64,000 nucleotides of DNA, from NCBI GenBank assembly GCA_000004985.1, contig GG738913.1, one strand, 5' to 3'. This DNA is from Naegleria gruberi (taxonomy: Eukaryota). Shown here piece by piece: positions 1 through 11,491 of the stretch. Each line of letters starts with the position of its first letter. Within the stretch, counting starts at the first letter, position 1. Made by a program: the position numbers and the translations under genes. The notes beneath the pieces are model-generated. The model was not told the DNA's origin. It saw nothing but the letters and a program-made list of their open reading frames with translations, and made no database searches.

Positions 1-1481
1 AAAATAATTTAATTAATTTATTAGAAAGAGATTTTAAACAAATAGAAGATTTACCTATAAATATTAAAATTATACCTGAATGTAAATATTCATATGGAAC
101 TAGTATTATTGTAATTCAATTAAAAATATTAAATTTTATTAAAAATATTAAAAATAATGAAATGATTAAATTTATTCCATATTTATTAAAACAATTTAAT
201 AATTTAATTGATAAAAATGTAAATAAAAATGTAAATATAGAACAAGTTAGATTACAAATACTAAGATCAATAATTTCAATTTTGGAATTAAATTCTACTA
301 TTATAGATATTAATAATATTTTAAATTTATTATTTAATTATTATAATTTAATGTTAAAAAATGAAAAGATTTATTTTTTTATTTTAATTGATAAAATATT
401 AAATTTAAATTATATTCCAAATATGGAAATTACTATAAAAATGTTTGAATCATTTATAAATGATTTAAAAAATGAAAATGATTTAATTTTTCCAATTAAT
501 AATTTAATTTCAATTTCTTCTATTGAATTATATAAAAATATAAAAAATATAATTATAAATTTATTTAAAAATGAAATTCCAATTAAATTTATTATTTTAT
601 TATTTGAAAAAGATTTTAATTATTTTAAAGAAATGATAAAAAATGAAATTGAAATTTTAACAAGAATATTAAATTATTTAAATGATTTAACAATAACAGA
701 TTTAGTAAATGAAACATTTATATTAAATAATTATCTATATATAGTAAAAATATTTGATAATATACCAATTAATGAAGAATTATTTAATTCAATTAATAAT
801 ATAATTAATATTTTACCAAAAACATTTCGTAGTTGTGTAATTGAAAATAATTGTATAGTACCATATTTAGAATGGTTAATTAAATTATATAATACTAAAA
901 AATTATATAATTATTCAATTGAATGTAAAAATGATATTACAATAACATTAGTATCATATTTAATTAATATGATATTAGATACCTATTGTTTAGAAATGTC
1001 TTATTTATTACATACTATTTTAATAATTGATATTTGTAATGAAGAAAATCCAAATTCATTATCTATTTTATTATCAAGAATTAATGAATTATCAAAAGAT
1101 TTATCTTGTATTGAATTGAGATGTTTAACATGTATGATTATTTATCCATATTGTTCTGATTTTTTATGTGATAAATTTGCATTTCTTAATTGTCAATTCA
1201 TTGAATTATTAAATATTAATGATTTTAGATTGGATTGGTTGATTTATTATTCTCTATCTTTTATTAGAGTTTTAGATGATTTAATGGAGAGAAGTAAATT
1301 TTGTAAAAGTAGAGTTTTTACAATTTTTGAATATTTGGAAAAATTATTTACTATAATATCATCATCAACAACATTATCAATGAATATGATGGATACAAAA
1401 TCATATCATGAAATTATTAGATTTAAAAGAAAATTAAATATTTATTTGGAGGAAAGTAATAGAGAAGAGATGATTTTATAA
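1..1481 (+). CDS. Hypothetical protein, 5'-truncated at the window edge. Extremely AT-rich ORF giving an I/N/L/K-rich helical-looking protein.
   Basis: The reading frame is open from base 3 through the TAA at 1479-1481 (more than 490 codons) in roughly 12% GC DNA. An ORF that long without stop codons cannot arise by chance at this composition. No recognisable domain. Confidence 0.45.
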   Translation, partial: NNLINLLERDFKQIEDLPINIKIIPECKYSYGTSIIVIQLKILNFIKNIKNNEMIKFIPYLLKQFNNLIDKNVNKNVNIEQVRLQILRSIISILELNSTIIDINNILNLLFNYYNLMLKNEKIYFFILIDKILNLNYIPNMEITIKMFESFINDLKNENDLIFPINNLISISSIELYKNIKNIIINLFKNEIPIKFIILLFEKDFNYFKEMIKNEIEILTRILNYLNDLTITDLVNETFILNNYLYIVKIFDNIPINEELFNSINNIINILPKTFRSCVIENNCIVPYLEWLIKLYNTKKLYNYSIECKNDITITLVSYLINMILDTYCLEMSYLLHTILIIDICNEENPNSLSILLSRINELSKDLSCIELRCLTCMIIYPYCSDFLCDKFAFLNCQFIELLNINDFRLDWLIYYSLSFIRVLDDLMERSKFCKSRVFTIFEYLEKLFTIISSSTTLSMNMMDTKSYHEIIRFKRKLNIYLEESNREEMIL

Positions 1482-1513
1482 AAAGAATGATGATTCATTG
1501 GATCCAATTATTT

Positions 1514-1834
1514 TTATAATACTGTCATAAAATTAAGATTAACCTCCTTTTTTGTTATATTGTTATTGTTGAAGTGTTTCTTGTTAATTAGTACTCTATA
1601 TTTTGACATATTGGATTTAAACTGTTTGCTGTTCCTGCTCCCTTTGCTGGTTGAGGTGGTTGAAATTTCACACTCAACAGTTTCATTCACACAATAGTGA
1701 TGATCATCTAATTGAACAAGCCTAAGATTTGGGTTGGATTGTGGTGTAATTTTATAAAGGAAATTGAGATTGACTTCCTTAATTAATTCTCTATCATTTT
1801 GTAATTCTTCACCCATAAATCTATTTACTATCAA
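1514..1834 (-). CDS. Hypothetical small protein. A short 5' exon around 1900-2000 is possible.
   Basis: A 106-codon ORF with normal coding composition (GC-richer than its surroundings) on the minus strand. No homology recognised. Confidence 0.25.
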   Translation of the reverse strand: MIVNRFMGEELQNDRELIKEVNLNFLYKITPQSNPNLRLVQLDDHHYCVNETVECEISTTSTSKGSRNSKQFKSNMSKYRVLINKKHFNNNNITKKEVNLNFMTVL

Positions 1835-2435
1835 TTTTAAATGATCAATTTTATATAATAATTGTTGATTATTAATTTAGTAACAAAATTTAAATCTCTA
1901 AATACATGATTATCCTTTTTAAATATCATACTTTCCATATCTAATCTATCACAATAACTCATTTTATAATCAAATTTATTATCAAATAATATTGGTTCAA
2001 TAACATTTCTTGTTTTAAATATTCAAAAAAAAATAAAAATTTTGGATTTAAATTAATACATTTAATATTTGTTTATCTCTTATTGTATCTAATATTGAAT
2101 ATAGATAATTTATAGGAGGTGATTCATATTGACTTTGATTTTTTATAATATATTTAAATTATCTTGTATTGCTTTTGATGGATGTTGATATTTGGTTTTT
2201 AATAAAGAATTACAAGTAATATCTAATTTAATGATAACAATATTGTCAAATTGTGTAAAAATGAATACGAATATTAATTGCGTTTACAATCTTGCTATTG
2301 TTAATCGAATGAATATGAAAAAACCCAATGCCTATTAAATATATTCATCATTATCATCATTGTATAATATTATATTAAATAATATATTAATATTATTAAA
2401 TAATATTATTATTATAATACTAAAATTTAATAATA

Positions 2436-3083
2436 TTAAAAACATACCATTCCAAATAAAATAATAAAAGGTAACCAAGTTTTCAATAGACCACTCATAC
2501 CATTAACATATTTACCATAAAAAAACATTAAAAATCCAATTTCAAATATAGAAATATTTCCATTTTTAAATTTCAATTGATTTAAACAATGTATAGTATA
2601 ATGATGACAATTCTGACAAAAGAAATTATACATTTTAGATCTAAAACATTTAGCACTACTCTTAATAGTTTGATCATAGTTTTTTAATTGTTCTTGATTT
2701 AATTGATTTTTAATATTTAAATATCGAGTTGGTTTTCCAAATGCAAAATCATCAATACTAATATAATAGGGTCCTGCAAAATCATGAATTATACCTTTTG
2801 AATTAGCAATACCCATATGTCCAATAAATGGTAATATCCATGTTATTAATGGTATTGGTGTCCATACAATACAATAGGGATATCTATCTATTGATGGATT
2901 TATTATTTCATTATTATTATTATTATTATTATTATTGTTATTATTATCATGTTCATATTGTTGTTGTTGTTGTTCATAATCATCATCATCATCATGTTCA
3001 TTATTCATATAATCATCCGAATCATCATTGTGATGATGTGTTGATTGAATAATTTCCTCCTCCGAGTCATCATATTGTTGCAT
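2436..3083 (-). CDS. TMEM222-like (DUF778) membrane protein with an H/D/Q/N-rich N-terminus, including a 12xN run.
   Basis: The motif HMGIANSKGIIHDFAGPYYISIDDFAFGKPTRYL matches the DUF778/TMEM222 core. A-rich context lies upstream of the ATG. Appears single-exon. Confidence 0.65.
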   Translation of the reverse strand: MQQYDDSEEEIIQSTHHHNDDSDDYMNNEHDDDDDYEQQQQQYEHDNNNNNNNNNNNNEIINPSIDRYPYCIVWTPIPLITWILPFIGHMGIANSKGIIHDFAGPYYISIDDFAFGKPTRYLNIKNQLNQEQLKNYDQTIKSSAKCFRSKMYNFFCQNCHHYTIHCLNQLKFKNGNISIFEIGFLMFFYGKYVNGMSGLLKTWLPFIILFGMVCF

Positions 3084-3298
3084 TTTTTTTAATATTTTAA
3101 TTTATATAACTTTCTTATTAGATATCTGATTTGCTTGTCAATTTGTTTCAAACAAGACAAAATTTAGAGATTTATGCCATTAGGAGAATGTTCATGCACA
3201 TGATCACATAGATCATAATTTTTTAATTTGTAACCAAAATATCAACTTGATTTATTCAGCAGATTTATAATTCCATGTTTCATAATAAAATGGTCCAT

Positions 3299-3467
3299 GG
3301 CTGTGTAGCTCAGATGGGAGAGCAAGGGTAGTACACTTCTGGCACGCATGTTCCATTGTGATAATAATGGTTTGTACCGCCTAGTATTGTGTCACTAGAG
3401 TTGTCTTTCGATACCTCATTCCCCCTGGTCACACGATCGAAACGTGTCGCATCCAATACTTTTTTTT
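3299..3467 (+). ncRNA. tRNA-like Pol III element. It has a tRNA 5' half, a T-arm-like hairpin, a T8 terminator and an insertion of about 85 nt. Possibly a tRNA with an oversized intron, a pseudogene or a tRNA-derived element.
   Basis: GGCTGTG-TA-GCTCAGATGGGAGAGC gives an acceptor/D-arm with a canonical A-box. The hairpin ACACG-ATCGAAA-CGTGT lies at 3431-3447. CGCATCC pairs with the 5' acceptor at 5 WC + 1 GU out of 7. A TTTTTTTT run at 3460-3467 is terminator-like. Confidence 0.3.
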
Positions 3468-3574
3468 CTCATATTGTAAACATTATCTTTTCAGTGAATT
3501 TAATTGGTTAGTACAAATCATCAGCTTAAGGTTGAGATTCCAATTCAAATCAAATTAAAATTCTTTTTAAAAAA

Positions 3575-4018
3575 ATGCAACAATCAAACAAACGCTCTCA
3601 AAGTACAACCAACCTTATTAATTTGATATTGTTGTTGTGTTGTTTGTGTTTATTTTCTCTCCTCACCATTGTTACTAAATGTAGTGAAACTAATTCCGAT
3701 CTTAAATTGAATACTGATTCATCGTGTGCTGCAGTGAGTTGTTTAGTAGGATCCTATTGTGAGAATGGAAAGTGTGTTCCAATATTGAATAATAATAATA
3801 ATAGGATAGTAGCAGTTGGAAGTGATGATTCATCGTGTGCTGCAGTGAGTTGTGTAACTGGTTCAATTTGTCAGAATGGAAAATGCATTGCAACCAATGT
3901 TGGTGTAATAATGGAATCGAAAAGAAATTCAACTGCTAATCAATTAGGTGATGGAAAATTCAAGTTGGAGCTTTTTTCAATTATTGCTTTGATGTTATTA
4001 ATGACTTTATTACTTTAA
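3575..4018 (+). CDS. Small secreted Cys-rich protein with two tandem modules and a probable GPI anchor.
   Basis: Signal peptide (LINLILLLCCLCLF...). The module DSSCAAVSC-x-G-x-C-x-NGKC is duplicated. The C-terminus is hydrophobic after G/S residues. Confidence 0.4.
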   Translation: MQQSNKRSQSTTNLINLILLLCCLCLFSLLTIVTKCSETNSDLKLNTDSSCAAVSCLVGSYCENGKCVPILNNNNNRIVAVGSDDSSCAAVSCVTGSICQNGKCIATNVGVIMESKRNSTANQLGDGKFKLELFSIIALMLLMTLLL

Positions 4019-4110
4019 CAATTTCTCTCTCACTTGATATTATTATTACTCTAATGTCTATCTAGATAAATTAAATTAATTTGTTAAGTTGTATTAAGGA
4101 AAACATAAAT

Positions 4111-7100
4111 TTACAAATTTAAATGTTGTTTTTGAATATTAATATAATGAGTGTATGGATTAACAGAAAGAGAATCCAAAGTTAATTTTCTATCCTTTAA
4201 ATCCTTCATACATTTAACATATAAATTAAAAACTTCATAATTATTGAATAAATGTTTGTCATAATTAATTGCCTTTCTTCTAATTAAATAATGTTGTTGT
4301 AAAAGTTTTTGATTATGATCTGGGAATGGAACATCAATAATTAAATCAATTTCACTTCCAATTTTACGTAAAATTTCAGATTCTTCTTCAAGTTTCAATT
4401 GAGATGCTAAACAAATACCATTAAATCTCATTAAAGATGTAGCAGATGACGTAGCAGATAATTCTTGTTGATCAATGAGTGGAACATATTGTTGTAATTG
4501 TAAAGTATGATATTTAACATTTGGTAATTGTTGAGATAATTTCTCACCAACATATGGAGTAACATAAATTGTAAATCTCAAATGTTGATATAAAATATAA
4601 ATGGATTGTAAAATATGATTAATTAAATCCATATTTGTACGTGTTGAATGTGGGAATGAAGCAATTAAAACTGATTTTCTATCTGTATCTATATTTGGTA
4701 AATTAGGGAAGGCACTCATCATTCCTTTTAAGAAGGCATCTCTAACTGTTTGTCCAAAACATGCTACTTCACCTGTACTTGCCATTTCAACTCCCAACTT
4801 TGGATCACAATCTAATAATCTTCTAAATGAAAACATTGGAGCTTTACATCCATAGAATGATTTGGAAAATCTCTTTCTTTGAATAATTTCAAATTCTTTT
4901 GTAATAATACTATCTATCATTATCATCAGTTTTACCATTACTATTATTTTGTAATGATGATGTATTAGAATGTGTAATGGATTCAACTTGTTCACGTTTC
5001 ATTGTAATTTGTTCAAGTAAATTCATTTGTTGATAATAATTTCTAGTTGGAACATTACTACCTGGTAAGCTTGTGATGGTATTTGAATTGACCAATGATG
5101 ATGCTAATGATGAAGAAGAAGATGGTAAATTGAAATGATGAGTAAAGATTCTAGTAGCCAATGCAATAAAATCCAAATCTAAAGTCTTACTAATGAATGG
5201 GAATGATCTACTTGCTCTCAAATTACATTCAATAACACGTAATCTCTTTGATAATTTCAAATATAAAGATTCAGATTCAAAACTATCATCATATCCATCT
5301 AGTGAATTTGTTGAGAATGATTGAGTCATTCCTTGTTGTTGTCCATGTTCTTCTTCTTCTTCTTGATCATCATCATGAATACATTCATTATCAAATAAGA
5401 ATTGCATATTAAATGGACCACTAATTGATAAAGATTTAACAATCATTGATGCCTTTTCTCTAATTAAATCTTGAATATCAAAACTCAATGAATAAGGTGG
5501 ACAAATTAGAGTAGCATCACCAGAGTGAGTACCTGCTCTTTCAACATGTTCACTAATTGCATCAATAATAATTTCACCATTCATTGCAACACCATCAATT
5601 TCAATTTCTTTAGCATTTTCATAAAATTTAGAAATGACAACTGGATGTTCTTTAGAAACGTCAGCAGCCATATATAATTGTTGTAATAATTCAGAATCTG
5701 AATAAGCAACATTCATTGCAGCACCTGATAAAACATATGAAGGTCTAATTAAAACAGGATATTGAACCTTATTAGCAAAAATTAAAGCATCTTCAATAGT
5801 AATTAAATTAGCCCATTCAGGTTGATAAACCAATTTGTCACCTGTCTTTTCATTAACAAGTGAATCTAAGAGTTGTGAAAATTTAGAACGATCTTCACAT
5901 TTATCAATTGAATCTGAACTAGTTCCTAAAATTTTAACATGACATTGTTTATCCAAAGGTAAAACAATATTATTAGGTTGTTGACCACCAACACTAACAA
6001 TAACACCTTGTGAATGTTCCAATTCATAAATATCTAAAACTCTTTCTAAACTTAATTCTTCAAAATATAAACGATCAGGTTCATCATAATCAGTTGAAAC
6101 AGTTTCAGGATTATAATTAATCATTATAGTCTTGTAATTTAATCTCTTCAATTCTCTAACACTCATCACACCACAATAATCAAATTCAACACTACTACCA
6201 ATTCTATAAACACCACTTCCTAATACAATTATACCTTCATCATTAAATGAAACATCATGATGATAACAATGATCTGGATAAATCATTTCACCTCCTTCCT
6301 TTCCAATACTATTAATACCTGCATTATAGGTTGTATAGAGATAATTTGTTTGTGCTGGATATTCTGCTGCTAATGTATCAATTTGTTTAACAATTGGTTC
6401 AATCTTATATTGATACTTTCTAATAAATCTAACCATTAATTCTTTATCAATCTTACTTAATTTAGGTGGATTTTTATAGGTATCTTTATATTGTGGTTGA
6501 GTATTATTAGTATTATTATTAGTAGTATTATTAGTATTATCAGTAGTAGTATTATTACTATTATTATTAGTATTAGTATTATTATTGAAACATGATAATT
6601 GATATGGGAATTGAACTTGATTCTTTAAAATTGCTTGTAAAAATTCATGATATAACAATGAAGGTAAACTTGAAGCAATTTGTAAATCAGAGAAACCTTG
6701 TTGTTTGGAAAGTAAAAGTAATGGATATGGAAGTTCAGGTAATGAATTCAATAATTTACCAATTCCAACCAATGCCTTCTTAGTTTGAATAATATTTTGT
6801 AATTTGTACAAGAACCAACGATCAATTTGAGTAAATTGATGAATTTGGTCAACTGTCATTTCAAAATGTTCCATAGCAAGTGAAATAGCAAAGATACGTT
6901 GATCAGTTGGATGAGTTAATTCTCTAATAATCTTTTGTTTGATATCTTCTTTTGGTGAAACTTGTGGTTGTAAAGCAAATGGATTAGTGACACTACTATT
7001 AAATAAGTGAGAATGAGAACTAGATCCAAAACTACCATAATGAGTTTGACCAAAGCTTCCAAAATGAGTAGAACCAGATCCAAAACTACCATAATTAGTA

Positions 7101-10100
7101 TTAGCAGAACCAACACTATTATGAGATGAACCAGAGTGATGGTGATATTGATACTGTTGATGGTGATGTTGGTGATGATTTGAAGAAGCAGTAGTAGTAT
7201 TAGTATTAGCAGCAGTATTAGAAGAAGAAGAATATTGTTTCATCAACTTTTCCAAATCAAATGAAGAATTGGCAGAATCAAATCCTCTATATGAAGTATC
7301 AACCATTCTAATAGCTTTTTGAATTGCTTCTTCAAAATTTCTACCAATGGCCATCACTTCACCAACACTTTTCATTGCTGATCCAATGACAGTTGAAACA
7401 CGAGTGAATTTCTTCAAATCCCAACGTGGCATTTTAACAACACAATAATCTAATGCAGGTTCAAAACAAGCAATAGTTTCCTTAGTAACAGAATTCTTAA
7501 TATCAATCAATTCCATTCCCAATGAAAGTTTAGCAGCAACAAATGCAAGTGGATAACCAGTTGCTTTTGAAGCCAAAGCTGAACTTCTTGATAAACGAGC
7601 ATTAACTTCAATGATAACATATTCCTTACTGTATGGATTCAATGCATATTGAATATTACATTCACCAACAATACCCAAATGTCTAATAACCTTAATAGCA
7701 GCAGTTCTCAACATGTGATATTCATCATTATTTAATGTTTGTGATGGTGCAACAACAATTGATTCACCTGTATGAATACCAACTGGATCAAAGTTTTCCA
7801 TATTACAAACTGTAATACAATTATCATTACAATCACGAACAACTTCATATTCAACTTCTTTCCATCCCTTAACTGATTTTTCAACAAGAATTTGAGGTGA
7901 ACTTGAAAGTGCTTGAGTTGCCAATTCTCTCAATTCACGTTCATCATTGGCAAATCCACTTCCTAATCCACCCAATGCAAATGCTGCTCTAATAATTACT
8001 GGATAACCAATGTGAGAGGCTGCTAAAATTGCCTCTTCAACATTATCACATGCCTTTGAATCAGCAATTGGTTGTGAAATTTCACGCATCTTTTGATTGA
8101 AAATATCACGATCTTCAGTATCAATAATTGATTGAACAGGTGTACCTAATACTCTACAATTCAATTCTTCTAAAACTCCTGATTTGTGTAATTGAACACC
8201 ACAATTTAATGCAGTTTGACCACCAAATGATAAAAGTAAACCATCTGCATTCTCCTTCTTAATGACTTTTTCAACAAAATCAGGTGTAACTGCCCCGAAA
8301 TAAACTCTATCAGCCAATTCTTTACATGTTTGAACTGTAGCAATATTTGGATTAACTAAAATTGTATAAATTCCTTCTTCTTTAAGTGCTTTAATAGCTT
8401 GTGATCCTGAATAATCAAATTCACCTGCTTGACCAATTTGTAAACCACCTGAACCTAAAATAATAACCTTCTTTGGTAATACCTTCTTCTTTTCATCAAG
8501 AGTTGAGAGTTTCTTTTCTTCTTGAATAATTGATTGATTAAAAATACTCTTCTTCATTAAAGATTCTTGTTGTTTTAAAATTGGAGTTGAAATATCTGAA
8601 GTATCTTCAACAGATTTCAATAATTGATTGAATTTAGTTTTCATATTCTTATGATGTTTGATAAATACTTTGCTATATTTAGATTCAAAATTTTTAACAC
8701 GATGTAACTTGTTTGAAATCTTTAATTTGATCAAATCAATAAATTGATCAAATAAAAAGAAAGTATCACTTGGTCCACCTTTAGCTTCTGGATGAAATTG
8801 AGCTGTAAAAATTGGTAAATTCAAACAATAAACACCTTCATTAGATTGATCATTGGCATTAATGAAATATGGTTTGAAATTTGAAGGTAAAGTTTGATTA
8901 TCAATAGCATAACCATGATTTTGTGAAGTGATAAAACATTTACGTGTTAATTGATCAATAACAGGTTGATTATGACCTCTATTACCAAATGGTAATTTAT
9001 AAACACTTGCACCAATAGCTTTACCAACCAATTGATTACCTAAACAAATACCAAAAATAGGAATAATTGGAACTTGTTGTTGTTGTTGAACTAATGAAAT
9101 ATATTCAGATAAAATTGAAATAGTTTCATGGAAATTATTTGGATTACCAGGTCCATTACTAATAAAAATACCATCAATATTAGTATTATTAGTATTATTA
9201 GTATTATTATTATTAGTATTATTATCATTGTTGGTATTATTATTGTTTGAATTATTAACATCTAATTCTAACCAATTATAATTATATGGAACAACTTTCA
9301 ATTCAACATCTCTTTTAACAAGTTCACGAATAATATTATATTTCATACCACAATCAATAGCAATAACTTTAAACTTATTACCTTTACCATAAATAGTAAC
9401 ATCTTTACAAGTTACTTTCTTAATAATTTCAACATCTTGACCTGGATCATACCATTGTAAAGGAGCAAGACCTTTAATAGAAAGTTCATGTTCATAATTA
9501 ATATTTGTAACAATTCTTGCTAACATTGATTTTTCATCTCTCAATTTCTTTGTAATTGCTCTCGTATCAATGTGATATAGAGCTGGAATATTATATTCTT
9601 GTAACCAACGATGAAGTGAACAAATTGCTTCATAATGTGAATAATTATGTGAATAATCTTGAACTATTAAACCTCTAATATGAATCTTATCACTTTCTAA
9701 TTTTGGAAGCAATCCAAATTCATCTAAATTCTTATTACCATTATTAGAAACTGTTGTTTTGAAATTTGGTGCACCATAATTACCAACAAGTGGAAAAGTT
9801 AAAACTAAAATTTGACCATGATAAGAAGGATCAGTCAATGATTCAGGATAACCAACCATTGCAGTTGTAAAAACACATTCACCACTCACAGAAAATGGTG
9901 AATTCCAATTGGAATCATTTTCAATTAAACACTTATTAGCTCCAAATAATTTACCATAATATCTTGTACCATCTTGTAATTCTAAATAACCATCAAACAT
10001 ATCAGATGGTGATGGTTGATTATTATTCATCATTTTACCATTATTATTATTATTATTAGGATTAGGAATGGTAGTAGTGGTTGTAGTAGTATTTGTAGCT

Positions 10101-10366
10101 GTAACAAGTGTAGAATTGGATGATGATTCAGATACTGTTGGTGAGGTTGTTTGATTCAGAGAGTTGGAATTTGAATCATCGGACAATAATAAAGAAGCAG
10201 CACTCAATAAACTATTCAATGGATTATTGGTGGTTGAAGCAGAATGACCTGTTACTGCTGCTCCTCCTGTGGTGGTTGTAGAATTGGATGATGGATTGGT
10301 GGTGGTATTAGCCTTATTATTGGCATAAACCATGTAGGATTTGTTAGAAGGTGATGGAGAGTACAT
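4111..10366 (-). CDS. Carbamoyl-phosphate synthetase, glutamine-hydrolysing: fused GATase + large subunit + C-terminal MGS-like domain, with no DHOase/ATCase. N/T-rich insertions. At least two coding segments are joined across 4910-5070.
   Basis: Small-subunit N-domain and GATase signature (FGICLGNQL). Two ATP-grasp halves are present ([22 protein letters not shown] and [21 protein letters not shown]; [17 protein letters not shown]). The STGEV motif is followed by an MGS-like fold in the 4111-4995 frame. The likely start is the ATG at 10366 (aaaaaagaATG). The two ORFs are in different frames. Confidence 0.8.
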
Positions 10367-11491
10367 TCTTTTTTGAATTGACAATTGTTGATTAATGACA
10401 ATGAAAGACAAATACAAACATTTAACTACTGTTTTTCAACAAAATTGTGTATTAGTTTCTAGAGTGTATTGTTTTTAGAGATGCTCAAGAGAAAAAGAAG
10501 TACTTCTCGTGCTCTTTTTTTCGAGAGGGTTTTATCACTCAATCCAACCCTGAGCGAATTTATAGTCCTCAACTACCCACCTAATATCTTCCCAACCATT
10601 GCAATTAGCCTCAACATGTTCATTGAAGAATTGTGCAGCTTTCTTATTTTACATTGTAATCCTGTGTGTGGGAGAAAAGCTAACGTTCGGATTTCAAAGT
10701 GGTGGTCTGAGGTAATTTTTCAAAGGTTCCTCTGCTAAAGAATCCAAGAGCTTGTTTGGAAAAAGAGATGTTAGTTGGTGGGTACCACAAGAACAACATG
10801 AGGTTGGTACATGTGAACGAAAGAGAAATAACCATCATCAGAATGTTTCTCATTAAAAAGAAAATATGAATAAAACAATGTCTATCAATATTGTGGAAGG
10901 AAATGTAGAATTTTGAACTGTTTGTTGAGAAATATATTACCAGAAAAAAACGACATTTTCTATCAAGGGAGGACACCAACAATGATTACAACGGTGATAT
11001 TTAATCGGAAGATAATGGATTAGGCTGACTTTCCTTAAAAATGAGGAGAGTTTATATTTGAACAACTACGATTTTGAAACTCAAACCCTGCATATTACCT
11101 TTGTGATAAGTATGTACTACACTCAGAAGAAGAAATGATAACACTGAGAAGGCCTACGAAAACTCAAACCTAAGGAAAGTACGCTTCAAGCAAGGGAGAC
11201 TATCATTGTAGAACAACTATTTGTAATTGGATCCTTAACTCTCTAATTTCCAACTTATTCTGATATGAATTGACGTTTGTACAAAAGCTAATTACATTCA
11301 CAAAGTATAGTAAGATCCTAACACTGAATTGTAATTCACCAACATGGAGTTGAGTGTGACCAATGTTCCACTGTCAATCATCAATCATTAACCAATAATA
11401 ACTGAATTCAATAACCCAAAATTAAGGCGGGAAACTAAAAATTTACAGTTTATAGACGTTATAAAAATCCTTAGAAAAAAATTTAAAAAAA

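Noticed and set aside
2828-3052. ORF encoding a YYYYYYYYCYYY/HHHHH protein (plus strand).
   Set aside because: It is antisense to the poly-N/His/Asp low-complexity N-terminus of the TMEM222-like gene, so it is a composition artefact.
4914-4945. A 22-32-nt mini-intron (GTAAAACTGATGATAATGATAG) as the CPSase frame fix.
   Set aside because: Every other intron in the window is at least 39 nt. The 147-nt intron model and the +1 shift model are both more plausible.
6592-7116. Short ORFs (6592..6783 plus, 6916..7116 minus) inside the CPSase.
   Set aside because: They are embedded in or antisense to the conserved synthetase coding region. The low-complexity N/T-rich inserts give spurious frames.
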